This document shows, piece by piece, positions 27,351 through 39,544 of a stretch of DNA of 64,000 nucleotides. The position numbers were made by a program, and so were the translations under genes. Every line of letters begins with the position of its first letter. Position 1 is the first letter of the stretch. Under the pieces are notes generated by a model, which saw only the letters and a program-made list of their open reading frames with translations, searched no databases and was not told where the DNA came from. The DNA lies in contig CM082589.2 of NCBI GenBank assembly GCA_040954595.2, positions 9,622,894 to 9,686,893 on the forward strand. Direction: 5' to 3'. The stretch comes from Balanoglossus misakiensis. Its lineage: Eukaryota > Animalia > Hemichordata.

Positions 27351-28235
27351 TTATCAACATTTTCAGTTTCATAATCCTTCTGTGTTTGCCAGAGAATTTT
27401 GACAGCAGTCAAAAGCTTTCTCTGCCATACCCATAATAAAAGAAAGCTTGCACCTGTGTTTTACTGTTTTCAAAGGGGAAATCCGGTCCAGCTGATTTTC
27501 TACATAATTTGGTAGCTTTGAGGTCACTCTTTCAGAAAAAAAAACATATTCGTCAAGTATAAGTCGTCAGGTATTTTACAAAATCGAGGGAAAGTTGGCA
27601 GAATTTATAATATGGCCTTAACTGTAATTTGAATCATGGGAAAAAAAGCGCCAGGACCAACTTCCATCCACCTTGGTGTGGGTGATACCATTTTCCAATG
27701 GGTGTAACTGCGTGACGGCTTGGGTATCTGTTGCTGAGCAAATATTTGAAATCATACAATCCAGATTCTAAAGTTCACAGGACAAATATACAACATGTTT
27801 ACATGGCCATTTACAACCAATTCATCCTATTGTGGTGATGTACAAAACCTTTTTTGTGGTTTGTTAAAGTTTTCATTACTCTAAATGGGTACTTCCATAA
27901 AATGGTAGTAATATATTTATTAATATTTATTACACATCACATATTATTATTCGCTCTGGCTTTTTTGTCAAATTTTCAAATAAAAAAGGCAGTTATAACT
28001 TTGATGGGACCAAGAAAAGATTTTGCCATAGGATATCAAAAGGACACTTTCATTGTTTTTATGAACTGTTGTTTTTCTGTTCTATAAAAGATGCAAATTG
28101 TTCTACTCCATTTTTGGGTCAAAAAATATTTTCATCAGATTGGTTTGAGGGTTAGATGTTGTAGCTAATAGTGTAAAGGCCATGATTGTTTTTGTTCACA
28201 AATATATTCAATTACAATGTATCATTATTATGCAG

Positions 28236-28349
28236 TTTTACCAATGTTGAGAGGCTTTCCTTGTCAACTGGCCTGTGTGTATGCATCAAATCCTTCATGT
28301 AAAAGGTCAAAGCAGAAAGTATTTCTAACAATGATTAGACTAAAGCAGG
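28236..28349 (+). pseudogene. MED25: Probable next MED25 VWA exon, internally deleted or frameshifted
   Basis: tgcag acceptor is phase-compatible with the previous exon (S-FTNVER). Then PCQLACV..SNPSC in another frame resembles the (NSP)PYxLPxVE segment. Donor not identified. Confidence 0.45.
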
Positions 28350-28371
28350 AGACTTTTGAGGAGAGTTTGAG

Positions 28372-28510
28372 GAGACATCATGGCCTTGTGGTGAGGGCAC
28401 AGGGTTGTGGGTTCAAGAACCAGACCTGGACATGGCCGTGGGTTTTGAGGATGGTGACTTCATGACCGCGATATTGTGCCCTTGAGCGCAGCACTTTACC
28501 TCTCATTGTT
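28372..28510 (+). mobile_element. Degenerate tRNA-derived SINE
   Basis: A-box-like TGGCCTTGTGG, B-box-like GGTTCAAGAACC, then GTGCCCTTGAGCGCAGCACTTTACC, similar to a common SINE central motif. Confidence 0.5.
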
Positions 28511-28603
28511 TTGGAGGAACTGGCTTTGTATACTAGTGATCTGCACCTGTTCCAGTCATTCTATCCTAGGTAGACATATTTTCTTTGTTTGCAATAGATG
28601 AAT

Positions 28604-28797
28604 TACTGTCAAACAGGAAATTATTGTGAACTTCGCGAGAACCAAAAAATGCAAATTAAAAGTCACGTAAAAATGTTTTTCAGGGATATTGGTGCAGTTA
28701 GTGAAATATAAGAAAGCAAAATTTAAGTGTAGCATAACAGTTGTCTCTATTGATATTGCAAACATTTCCTGTCACAGAAATTTCCCGTTTTACAGTA
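28604..28797. mobile_element. MITE with TACTGT(A/C)AAAC termini; related copy at ~54436-54645
   Basis: TACTGTCAAAC...GTTTTACAGTA inverted ends. Both copies end in TTTTACAGTA and share AAATTTCCCGTT. Confidence 0.55.
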
Positions 28798-28830
28798 TAT
28801 AAATAAATCAACTAAATATTTTTACTACAG

Positions 28831-29092
28831 GTGCCGCACCAACAAGTCATCTGTCACTTGGACAACCAAGTCAAATTGGAAGTCAGTCTCCACAACAACT
28901 GTCATCCTCTCAACAGTAATTGACTCAACCAAGTCAGCCCCAGATGCAGGGCCAAGGTCAAAGGTCATCAATGCCTTTTGGTCAGCCTACCAGTTTACCC
29001 AACCAACCAGTATCCGCTGTCACAGCAAACAGGACACAACAACCAAATGTGACTGTTTCATTTATCCCATTGAGACAATTTTCATCACCCAG
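28831..29092 (+). pseudogene. P/Q/S-rich exon (MED25-like middle region) with premature TAA at 28917-28919
   Basis: tacag|GTGCC...CCCAG|gtacag. Translates AAPTSHLSLGQPSQIGSQSPQQLSSSQQ*LTQPSQPQMQG... Its end phase does not match the next exon, implying further decay or a missing exon. Confidence 0.6.
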
Positions 29093-29518
29093 GTACAGTT
29101 GTGGTCTACCTTCTACTTTATTATATAATAAAATAGCCGTTTCTAGTTACCCATCCTGTGAATTGAAAGCTTTTTATGACTGTTTCACATAGCCTTGTCT
29201 AACCATTATCTTTACAGTTGACTATTGTTTCAAAACAAATTCAAAACTTCTGTTTTGGTTGCTAGAAACCCACTCTGTAAATGCTAAGACTTTTTTGGAT
29301 AATGCCACAGACTCAGTAATCAAATTCAATTTTTAATGTGATTAATGTTGATAAGCCCTAAAACTCAATCCCATCCAAATGTGTGTTGAAAATAGGACTT
29401 TGAGAGTTGCAAGCTCAACATCGAATCAAAAATTGCAGTCATGAATTAAAAATGGGGTTTTGAATACTGGCCTTGATAATGCTCCATATTAACTAGGTTT
29501 GTTAATCTTTTTGGACAG

Positions 29519-29702
29519 GCAACTTCACCTCCAAAGATGACTTCCCAGCAGGCACCAGCTGCTGCACTGAAAGCCACAGAGGGTGTCATGCAAATGGCAA
29601 ATGCTAGTCAGTTCAGTAAGATGCCACCAATTGCTGCTGTGAATTCTATCAACTCACAGCCACAGGAGAGATGGCCAGGTACAGATTCACAGCCACAAAG
29701 AG
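29519..29702 (+). pseudogene. P/Q/A-rich exon (MED25-like middle region), phase 0-1
   Basis: gacag|GCAACT...AAAGAG|gtaggt, 184 nt, open: ATSPPKMTSQQAPAAALK...SQPQR. Confidence 0.6.
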
Positions 29703-29709
29703 GTAGGTA

Positions 29710-30042
29710 CAGTCAAACCTGTCTATACTGGCCAGACAGGGGACTTTCCTAACTGGCCTTTATAGAAAGGTGGCCTCTACAGTCAGGTCATTTAATGTGC
29801 AATGTGTAATATATTGCTATATTATTGTGGGCTTATACCAGAGTGATTAGACGACACAGGACATGTGTGTACAAACTAGACAGCCATGCTGTTTTTTTAT
29901 TGCCAACTGCACATGCTCACTCGTTCAGCCTCGTACACTGCAAATTTATACATAACAGTAAATACCAATACCTAACACAATGTATATGGACTGTAACAGA
30001 GTAGCCACTATATAGAGGTGGCACCTAACACGGGTTTGACTG
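29710..30042. mobile_element. Tc1/mariner-like MITE (CAGTCAAACC TIR, TA TSD)
   Basis: TA|CAGTCAAACCTG...CGGGTTTGACTG|TA. Same family at 49958-50142 and 50601-50770. Confidence 0.75.
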
Positions 30043-30292
30043 TAACATCTGTTATGTTGCCATGGCAGTCATTTACTGTTAATTTGATTATACAGAGGAA
30101 AAAATATTCCAGTTCCCTTTCTTATATCCTCATATCAGTGGCAGAGTACGCCAGTGTCACTGTAAAATTTTGTCGACATTTTTGCTAAGTTAGCTGTAGT
30201 AGCTGTTGGCTATTTTTTCTGTATTTTTAATCCAAGGAATTAAAGTGAATTCAATGCTTGTAAATAATTTCTAATTTCTTCTTACCCTCCAG

Positions 30293-30415
30293 ATATGAAT
30301 GAATGTCACAGTGGTGGATATGCATGTCAACACTATTGTCAGAATACCCATGGTAGTTATCTCTGCACTTGCAGACCAGGATTCTATCTGCTGGAGGATG
30401 GCCATGCATGTGCCG
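30293..30415 (+). pseudogene. Calcium-binding EGF exon 1 (intact, phase 1-1)
   Basis: ccag|...|gtatgt, 123 nt. (D)MNECHSGGYACQHYCQNTHGSYLCTCRPGFYLLEDGHACA has six Cys and the D-x-N-E-C and C-x-N-x-x-G-S-Y-x-C motifs. Confidence 0.9.
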
Positions 30416-31670
30416 GTATGTAACTGTGGATATTGATATCTTCTGTGGCTACATTGTTTGGGGATTGTATATTGCTACGGTTACAATCAGCTAAACACAC
30501 ATCCTGTCTGTCCATTGCACACATTTTAAAATTTGAAATCAACCGCACACTCGTACTGAACACATGTTTGTTGAAATTGTATCTCAGAATTTTTCCAATT
30601 ATAATTATGCATAATATAAACAAATTAACAAATGTGAAAACTTATCTTTGAAAATTTGTTTGCAAGGGAGAAAAAGTAATCTGTATTTTAAAAATCAGAC
30701 AAAGTTTTGCTGACAGGGTACACAAGTTTCAGGGGATTTTGTTAAAATGAGAATGATAGAGAGTGTTAAAATTCCTAGAAAGGGATCGCCATGGATATTG
30801 AGGACTTTGGTGTAAAAACAATTAATTGATCAAGAAATATGTGGTTAAGAATATGTGTCATCAACCTCACACGATACTATAAGACTGTCTGATATATTCA
30901 TGTACAAGTATTTTCACTACTTATTTGCATAATTTAATGAAATTAGCATAAATTATCAACCTATAGCTAAATAAATTACCTCTGCAAAGAATAAATATAC
31001 ACTTAGAAAATTCATATAGTTTTCATCTCATTTTAAAGACATTACAAAATGCTTCTCTGAGGGTACAGTAATTTTTAACGGGTATATTCTTGATAACTCA
31101 TCACCATGAATGAGCATTTCAAAACTTAACAAGGCCAGTGTACGAAATAAAGCCTGTCCGACAGTCCGAGACTGGTTGTTTTTCTGTAGGACTGGTAAAA
31201 ATAAAATGTTACCAGTCCGACAGACAGGTTGAATTTAGCGTGGGAGTTGACTAGTGGTATCATGGCATCTTTTAGACTTTCCCAGGTTCATGTATTGCAA
31301 TTAAAAGAAACAATGACTGCTTGATATTTCCTATGAATTTCGAACACTGACAAGGCATATGGCTAAATAGGATTCAGTGTTTGTGCACCTTCTATCCACA
31401 ATGCTGGATCTATTGACAGTTTTCAAAGGGGTTTAAAGACTCGTCTTTTTATTCAGCACTATTTCATTCCATTGCTTTTTTGGTTTATAGGGATTGTCTT
31501 TCAGAACTGTTTCTGTTTGTTTGGGGTTTTTAAGTGTAATTTTTTATCCTTTAAGCTTTCACTTGTTTTCTAATTTTATTATTTTCTGTAGAAGATGTAT
31601 GTGTATTACATTTGTTAGGAAATAAATAATAATAAAATAAATAAATAATAATAACTATCTTTGATTTCAG

Positions 31671-31787
31671 ATGTCAATGAATATATGGAGAGAGCAGATC
31701 TTTGTGAAGGCCAGTGTGTGAATACAGCAGGCTCTTTTTATTTCACTTGTGCTGTGGAATATTGATTGGTCAATGGAGAGTGTACAG
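31671..31787 (+). pseudogene. Calcium-binding EGF exon 2 (two Cys lost, TGA at 31763-31765)
   Basis: ttcag|...|gtaaga. (D)VNEYMERADLCEGQCVNTAGSFYFTCAVEY*LVNGECT. Confidence 0.85.
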
Positions 31788-34119
31788 GTAAGATCAACAC
31801 AATATAGAAATAATGCACGACGCCATGACCATTAATGTTTGTTTATGGGCAAGGGCGAGGGGAAAGCCAAAAATTCATGGGCGAGGCTTCCGAGCCCATT
31901 AATTTTAGCTTAGCTAGAGCCCGAGCCCTGCATTTATTTCCATTACATTACCAACAATCTCAAGAAAACCGTCAATATTTCTGAAAATGTCCCACACACA
32001 AGACTTGGGGCCCCGGAACTTGTGTTATGCAAAATGTTGTGTTCACTGAACTGTTTGCTAATATTACTATTCAGATTTACGGGCATGTAAACAAACCATT
32101 ACTGGGTATTTGTGGTCAGTGATGTCGTTCATCTTGACCAATTAAAATGCGACGCACAGACCACGGTAATATAATATGTGGGCAACGAAAGGTCCTGTAT
32201 CTGTAATTTTTGAATTTTTATTCAGTATTATTCTGGTTGTCAACGATCATTTCAGCTCAGTGAAGCTGGGTAAGCAATGTTGTTATTGTTTAAACATTGT
32301 ATTCAAGCCTGTGTCTGGACTTGGATGCAATTTGTCAATAATAACAGTGATTGGTAACTGCATGTTTACATAACTGGCTATCTGTTAAAGAGACCATTTG
32401 CTGTGTGTACAGTACACATGCCATTGGCCGCTTATGGGTCAGCCAGTGTTTGCCTGTTAATCTCTCGATGTGTGTTATTCTGTCTGTACAGTCAGATCGC
32501 ACGGTACTCATTAACATATGTTAATGAGGGAAAGTACTTCAAACCATGTAGCTGTTAGAGTGGGCCCCGCTGAAGGGTCGCAAAATAGGCCATTTTTTAC
32601 GCGACATTATAGAGCTGATTTCAGGCGAGGAGGACTGTGTACAAAATTGAGTATAGACAACTCAGGTTTTAAAGGATGTTTCATCATTTCCACTGTGTCA
32701 ACGTCACTACATCCTTGCTATGAGAAAAAGCCATCCCTTGTGTACTTCGTGCTTATCACGGGCAAACAATTTGTTTAAAATCCCTGATTTTGAAATGGTG
32801 CAAACATTTCACCAACAAACTAACACACCATTTGCCCTTACTCAAGACAGCCTGATTTGTTTGAAATGTTATAAAACATTTGTTGCTTTAGCGGAAAAAG
32901 CCAGGTGTAGTATTCAACAAGGCTTAATTATGTCGAGTGATATAGCACTTGCTGAAGAAATTAAAAAATATGTCACAATGCTACAATAAAGGATGCAGCT
33001 GTGACGACGACTTGGTGAATTTTGCATGCTGGAAAACTGTTGTCTTTTTAGGAGAAGTGCTCCTCAGAAAACATGCCATTCTATTGTTTGATGTCAGGCA
33101 ATATTTCAATGATTGTTTAGACAATGAATATCAGACTTTGCGACCCAATGTCAAGTTACAACGAGTGGAATTCCACAGAAAACCTAATAGCTGGCTTATT
33201 CGGGAATTGCTATGTGTGTATTTTCCAATTCACCTTTCTGTTGTATCAAAAGTGAGTAGAAAGTTCTCCACCTTTTTGTACCGAACAGGTTCAGATCTCA
33301 CTATTGCCCTCCAAAATGCACTTGTCGAACATCCTCAGTATGTTGTGCAAGCTGAGAAACAGATAGAGAGGCTTGAAAAGCAAGTAAGAGACTTGAGTAA
33401 AGTTGACGTTGACTTTTTCAAAATGCTTGATTTGGTGGCTGTGAAATTAAATGCCAGCATTTATCAGCAATCTCAAGAATTCAGTAATTACTGCAAAACA
33501 AACAATGTTGATCTGAGTACACTTGATGTTGAATATATTGTCAGTGAGGTTGACCCTATGTTATGGAACACTGTTGTATATTTAACGTTGAACAACAGTG
33601 AACGCAATAAATTAAAAAGCTCCAACTTTGTATGGAATAAACACAACTATGGATTTTATGACCGGCACTCTATGGAGAGTAGAGCATGATTCCTAAGGCG
33701 TTTCTTTTGTGTGTATGCTATTGTTCATTTGTTCTGATCATTGTACTTACCCATTGCATACTTACCTGGCTGACATTGTTGAAGGTTATAGTAAGTCATC
33801 TACTCTAGTGAAAATTCTAAATTGATTTGGTATTATTTGTTCTGGAGATACATTGCATAGATACATGTTGGGAGTGATCAACAAAAGAACATCAGCTGAT
33901 TTCACAGAGGAAAATATTGCAAATAATGCATTTTGTTTAACTTCCATTGACAATATTGATAAATCAGCTAAATATGCAGCTGTTAGAGCTGATCCAAAGG
34001 ACAGAGGTTTCCACGGTACTTCTTATCGAATGGTCCAACCAAAATCAAAGTCAATTCTGAACAGTATTGATGATATTGTTTTTGGCAGTCATGACAAACA
34101 TTCAACTGTCAAAGATTTT

Positions 34120-34452
34120 CAGCTAATCAACATTTATGGTGATGGAAGGTGCTTTTTCAGGAGCATCTCTGTGAGAAATGATTTTGCATTACGAAATTGT
34201 GATCGTCTACTTAATGGACTCCCTTCTGACCCAATTTTAGCTGACCGAGAGAAAATATTCACAGACAAGTTAAGAGCAGATACAGTAGACATAATGCGTG
34301 CCAATCATATATACTTTGAAGGACATATATACACCAAGCAGAATGATATATTTGCAAGAGGTGATGGTGATGTGTTCTCCAAGACTGAGCCTGTCTGTCT
34401 CTTGTACACACCAGACAGGCCAGGTCAACCAGGCCATTATGATTTGCTTCTT
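34120..34452 (+). other. OTU-like cysteine protease domain within the Academ ORF
   Basis: IYGDGRCFFRSIS (Asp/Cys box) and GHYDLL (His box) are in frame in ORF 33853-34752. The middle OTU helix region appears shortened. Confidence 0.75.
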
Positions 34453-34719
34453 AACAGGCAGTTAATTAAAAGAAAAGATAGTCTGGTGAGTGAAAATGCA
34501 AAGAATTCATTTGAACGGTGTCAGGAATTAAACAGTGGCTTTTGTTCACAAAATACAGTAGACTCTGAAATGAATAAAATTTTGGCCAATTTTCCTTGTG
34601 GAAATAATACTAAAATCATGGTTGACAGATCTATCTCAAAAAATACTGGTACAGGTTTGAGTGCACCTGTGAGTAAAGCCTGTACATTTACGGAGAAAAA
34701 ATTCAATGATACTGTTCAT

Positions 34720-36434
34720 TTTTTTTTTTTTTTTTTATTTCCATTCATTTAATCTTACATGTATCATAAAGATAAATCGTGTTTTGATGAAATAAATAAA
34801 TAAATAAATAAATAAAAAATAATACTATATAAAAAGAGATTCACCAGGTACATTTGTTTAACAAAATAATTACATCTCAGACGGAAGCAAGGATTTTCTT
34901 CCAATAATGGGTGAAATCTAGATTATTATTCCTTTTGAGTATTTGGTGCATAAATTGTAGATATCTGTAAAATATATCGAAATTGGTTTTTGCTCTAATG
35001 CTGTTAATATCATGTTGTAAATGGACCCATGAAGCGAATACACAATACTTTGCAATAGTAATGACAATGTTTACAAATCTATAAAGAGGATGACTGTACA
35101 TAGTTTTGTAACCAAGAATAATAGTTTCTAAGTCGACCTCATGACATATGCCAAGTTTGCTGAGCAAAGCAGATAAACGCTGCCAAAAATCCCCTAAACG
35201 TTGACATTTTAAAAATAGATGCTCATAAGAATCAGTTACATTTCAAAGACAACATAGATCATTTTTACTAATTTTCCATCTTAAAAGATTGATGCCACAT
35301 GGCAAAATGTTATGCATAATCTTAAAGTTAAATTCAGCAAGTTTCCTATCACAACACAATCCAGTCGTTTGGTTAACCCATATAGTTCTCCACTGTAGTG
35401 GAGTAGTCATGGTCAAACGACGATTCCATGTATTTTCACAATATGGACGAATAAAACGATTTTGCACAAAAATACTGTAAAAAATTTTGAAGTAAGGCGA
35501 GACAGATCATTAGGTAAAACAAAAACTTTTCCATTGACATGAAGAAAATTCTTTTCTCTACGCATCTGATGCAACTGAGTACCTTTCAACACAGACTTCC
35601 ATTCTCTGGGAATAAGATTCCGCAACTTCATCCATTCAACTATCCAATTTGACTTATTCTCGAGTTTTTGTAACAACAGTGTAGGTGGAAGAAAATCGCC
35701 GTTGGTATCGACAATGTCCTGGACATAGATAATATTTGAGTGAATCCAACCAGGGAAAAAAAGAGTCTTACCATTATCTGAAATGTTGACATTACCCCAG
35801 ATAATTTGATTACGCACATCTAAATTACTGAGTTTGGAGAAAGTGACGCAACCACCTTTTGCACTATGCCAAGCTGAAATTACTTGTTTATAGAAAAAGG
35901 GAATTCTCTCGAGAAATGGGAAACAGGAAATGTTGCTAAAATTGAAATGAAAAATAAGAAAATCTGGACCATAGTGCCCGAGCCAATGCAGTGGCAAGGC
36001 CTTCCATTTGGCAGAGGAATTGTCACATAATCTACGAACCCATGATGAACAAAAGGCGTCATGGATGGCAAAAATGTCAGGCATGTTTAGTCCCCCGCAA
36101 TCATAAGGGGCAATGAGTGTGAGCCTTTTGATTTTGTCTGGCTTGTCATTCCACAGAAATTTGAAAATAAGACGGTTGATATTCGTGAGCCACGTTTCAA
36201 AAGCACCAAGATTAAGCATAAGGTAGTAAATTGTGGGCAGTGCCAAAGACTTTAAAACCGTAATTTTGCCATAAAGGCTCAGCTTACGTCGTGACCAGAT
36301 GTTGAGCACGCTTTTAAGCCTTTCAATTTTCTTTTCCCATTTCAAAAGTAGACATTTCAGTCGATCGTATCCAAAGAAAACCCCAAGGGATTTTATAGGC
36401 TGTTGCTCCCACATAAAACCCCCAGGTTTATCAT
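34720..36434 (-). mobile_element. 5'-truncated L1/Tx1-clade LINE with polyA tail and 14-bp TSD
   Basis: TSD ATGATACTGTTCAT at 34706-34719 and 36435-36448. PolyT at 34720-34736. ORF2 C-terminus (W..RKLSLYGKITVLKS..FKFLW..GGLNMPD; FNFKIMHNILPCG; CCL*NVTDSYEHLFLKC zinc knuckle). One frameshift near 35480 and a stop at 35243-35245. Confidence 0.93.
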
Positions 36435-36961
36435 ATGATACTGTTCATGATGATGTAGTATTTAATTAAACCACCTCTACTGAGACAACATCAACCACAG
36501 TCATCAATTTCGCTGTCAGATTTTGACATTAAACAAGAAGAAGCCATTGCTTGGTCAGAACTGTTTTCTGACGCATTCATTTTTGCTCTACAAAAAATAC
36601 AATGCACAGAGCTGATATAGAAACAGTATTTGGGGATTTTAAATCAACATTAGCAACAACTGCTAACAGTAATGACAGTGAATGCTCAAATGTCATTTAT
36701 TTGGGCATATCAAGTGAACACGCAGACTCTATTGAAACTGTCCATAACATTATCAATAAGCTGTATATGTTACATTCAGAGTTGGTGTAAGAATAAAATA
36801 CCTGGTTGTGGTTGGTGATGGGAAAACTTTCCATCACCTGATAAAGTTAAAAGACATGTATGGTGCAGATTTAGACTGGTTGCAGCCTTTTATCGGAGAC
36901 TGGCATACTCTAAAAAATTACCAACCAGTCATCATGAAAATATTCTGGGATGCTGACTTAA

Positions 36962-37757
36962 GATGGGTCCCTGGGATCTTTTTGCTCGTTGCTATGGGCC
37001 TTTATAGGACATTACACCCCGATTTGGACTAAGCCGTTTTCAGAGTCTAACAAGGGGCTGGTAACTAGTTGAAAATCTGCACGATTGTGTGCACACCCCA
37101 TGTCCGAGTATGTTTACGGCAGCTACCGCCCGGCCATAGGCCGCCACGCTAATACGGCAAAGCAGCGGTCAGCGATAGCGTGCGCGTCCTGTAACCACAG
37201 TAACTGGATCGAACGCTAAAAATCCAATGTTTTGTACACAGAGATTTTGTACCGTTCACGAAAATCCCTAAGGCTTTTTTCATAGGCCACGTACGCCAGT
37301 CAAATTTGACCTGCTTGTTGAGAACGTACTTCCGCACAGTGTGACGGATCGTTTTTTTCTGTTTTCGTCGTGCTAAGAAGCGATACCGGTGGAAGAGTGC
37401 GTCCAAAAACACCCAAAATCGATGACTTTTTCAGATGTGGTACGGGTATGCTGAAATCGTAGGATACAACGATAATATTCGAAAACAAAATCCGTCACGA
37501 TCTTCCCTGGTTCAAGCAACTAATGAATACGTATCAAGTTCGTTTTTGAGGTCACGGAATAAAAAGCCTTAGGCTTTTGAAATTTGACCTAGCTAATTTG
37601 CATATCAATGGCGTCAGGGGGCGCGCGCTCACAATCGTGCAGATTTTCAACTAGTTACCAGCCCCTTGTTAGACTCTGAAAACGGCTTAGTCCAAATCGG
37701 GGTGTAATGTCCTATAAAGGCCCATAGCAACGAGCAAAAAGATCCTAGGGACCCATC
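36962..37757. mobile_element. Kolobok-like non-autonomous element, ~128-bp near-perfect TIRs, TTAA TSD
   Basis: TTAA|GATGGGTCCC...GGGACCCATC|TTAA. RR..YY termini fit Kolobok rather than piggyBac. Removing it restores the frame WDADL-KHLAG. Confidence 0.8.
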
Positions 37758-38091
37758 TTAAAACATCTGGCAGGGTTCAATCATAAAGGGGGAACTTCGG
37801 AAACCCTAGTTCAGTGTACAAATTTCAAGCTAACTCATCGCTTCCCAACACAAATTTGGGAACGTATGTTTAGATGTCTTGTCAATTCCTTTTTGAATCA
37901 GAGGGGTGAAACCCATAATACCCAGCACTGTCCCTTAGATACAGAAACAGTCCAAAAATGTTTACTAGAAGCTGTCACAAAATGTTTGGAATGTACTGAA
38001 GATAAAGCTGATCATATTGACAAAATTAATGGTGACCTTAAGGCTCAACTTACTGGCTTGCAAGAGGAATTTCAGATTTTTTGTGACAGAA

Positions 38092-38706
38092 CATAGTACG
38101 ATATTTTACCCACAAGTCTCCGTTATTTGTATCATCGAAGGTTGCCCATTTAATAACTTTTTCTGTTTTAGATACTAACAATGATATGAAGTACATATAA
38201 ATCTATTTATTTTTATCTAGGAAAAGTACGTTGAGGAATTAGAATGTAAATTTCAAAATCAAAATTTAAAAGCCATAGAAATCAAAGTATCAATGTACTG
38301 CAAATGTCACACTTTAGGGGAAACAAGCAATGACTAACTGAGGTGGCCAGTCTCTGTTGAAAGTTAACATGTAAATTTCCATTGTTCTGTCAATAGAAAA
38401 AATCAATATCTTTTTGTTTGATTAAACAGGTTTTACAAGTGACCCTGTTTTACTCCAAACTTTTTTGTATGGCTGGCTATGCAATTGCTTGATTATTTTA
38501 TAAAATTCGTATCTCCTCTCTCAATAATGCATAATTTTCTAAATCATTTGAAATGGTAATTGACAATAAGATTCACCTTAAAAGTAAGATCTCAAAATTT
38601 ATATTAGTGGTGTACAATTCTCTCTACACATGTTAACTTTGCCTGGTTTGACTGAGTAAATGATTGTACAAATCAGAATGAATCATGGGATATTTCACGT
38701 ACTGTG
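38092..38706. mobile_element. Transib-like non-autonomous element, 5-bp TSD
   Basis: CAGAA|CATAGTACG...CGTACTGTG|CAGAA. Removing it restores FCDR-RANTDKTFKFW. Confidence 0.75.
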
Positions 38707-39156
38707 CAGAAGGGCAAATACAGACAAAACTTTCAAATTTTGGGTTAGATTTATAGAGGACGATTTGTTTGCATACATGTCTTTGTACATTGCAATAAGG
38801 TCAGGAAATTGGAACCTTCGAATATTGGCTTTGAAACAAATGAACCCACTGTTCCATGCATATGACCGATCCCTGTACTTGAGGTTAATTCCCAGACATC
38901 TCGCTGACCTTCTGAAGATGCCAAACTCTCTGTTGTTACATTTCAAAGCAGGTGGTTTTGTTTGCAATTTGTCAGGCTCAACTTGGGTTAATGTAGCACT
39001 AGATGAAGCCCATGAAATGTGTGTCAATAAAGATGTTAAAGCTGCATTGCATACTTCTACAGGTGGGTTAATGGAGAGAATAGCAATTTATTTAGAGTGT
39101 AAAATATAAAATATGCTCGACCGCAGTTCCTGTCTTCTGAATGATCTTTATTTAAA

Positions 39157-39196
39157 ACCAACGTTTCGGCAGTACACAGACTGCCTTCTTCAGGGT
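39157..39196 (-). ncRNA. Minimal type I hammerhead ribozyme (mirror copy)
   Basis: Exact reverse complement of 42298-42337. Confidence 0.75.
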
Positions 39197-39544
39197 ATAC
39201 TAATGGAAACAAATAAAACACGGTAGGAATCGGTTAAAATAGGTATGTGGTAAAAAGCAGTAAATTTCAGAAAATTAACAAAATTGGCATTACAATAAAA
39301 GGCGTCTCTGTGTGACTAGAGGTTAAAAATGAATGGTAATGACAAAAGTTGTACATTTCATGGGAATAAAATCACTATATATGTGTAGAATATAGAGAGA
39401 AACCAACCTTGATACGAAGTTGCAGCGTATCGAGAAGTATAGTGATGGTGTTGGAAACTGACTCCCTAGTGTGGGGCAGAAAGATCAAATGTAGACCCCC
39501 CAGGTGAGATAAGAATTTAATGGAGGGAACATGGTATGGAGGCA

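Noticed and set aside
35243-35245. Selenocysteine at the TGA replacing a zinc-knuckle Cys in the LINE
   Set aside because: A single TGY-to-TGA change in a truncated copy that also has a frameshift; no SECIS recognised.
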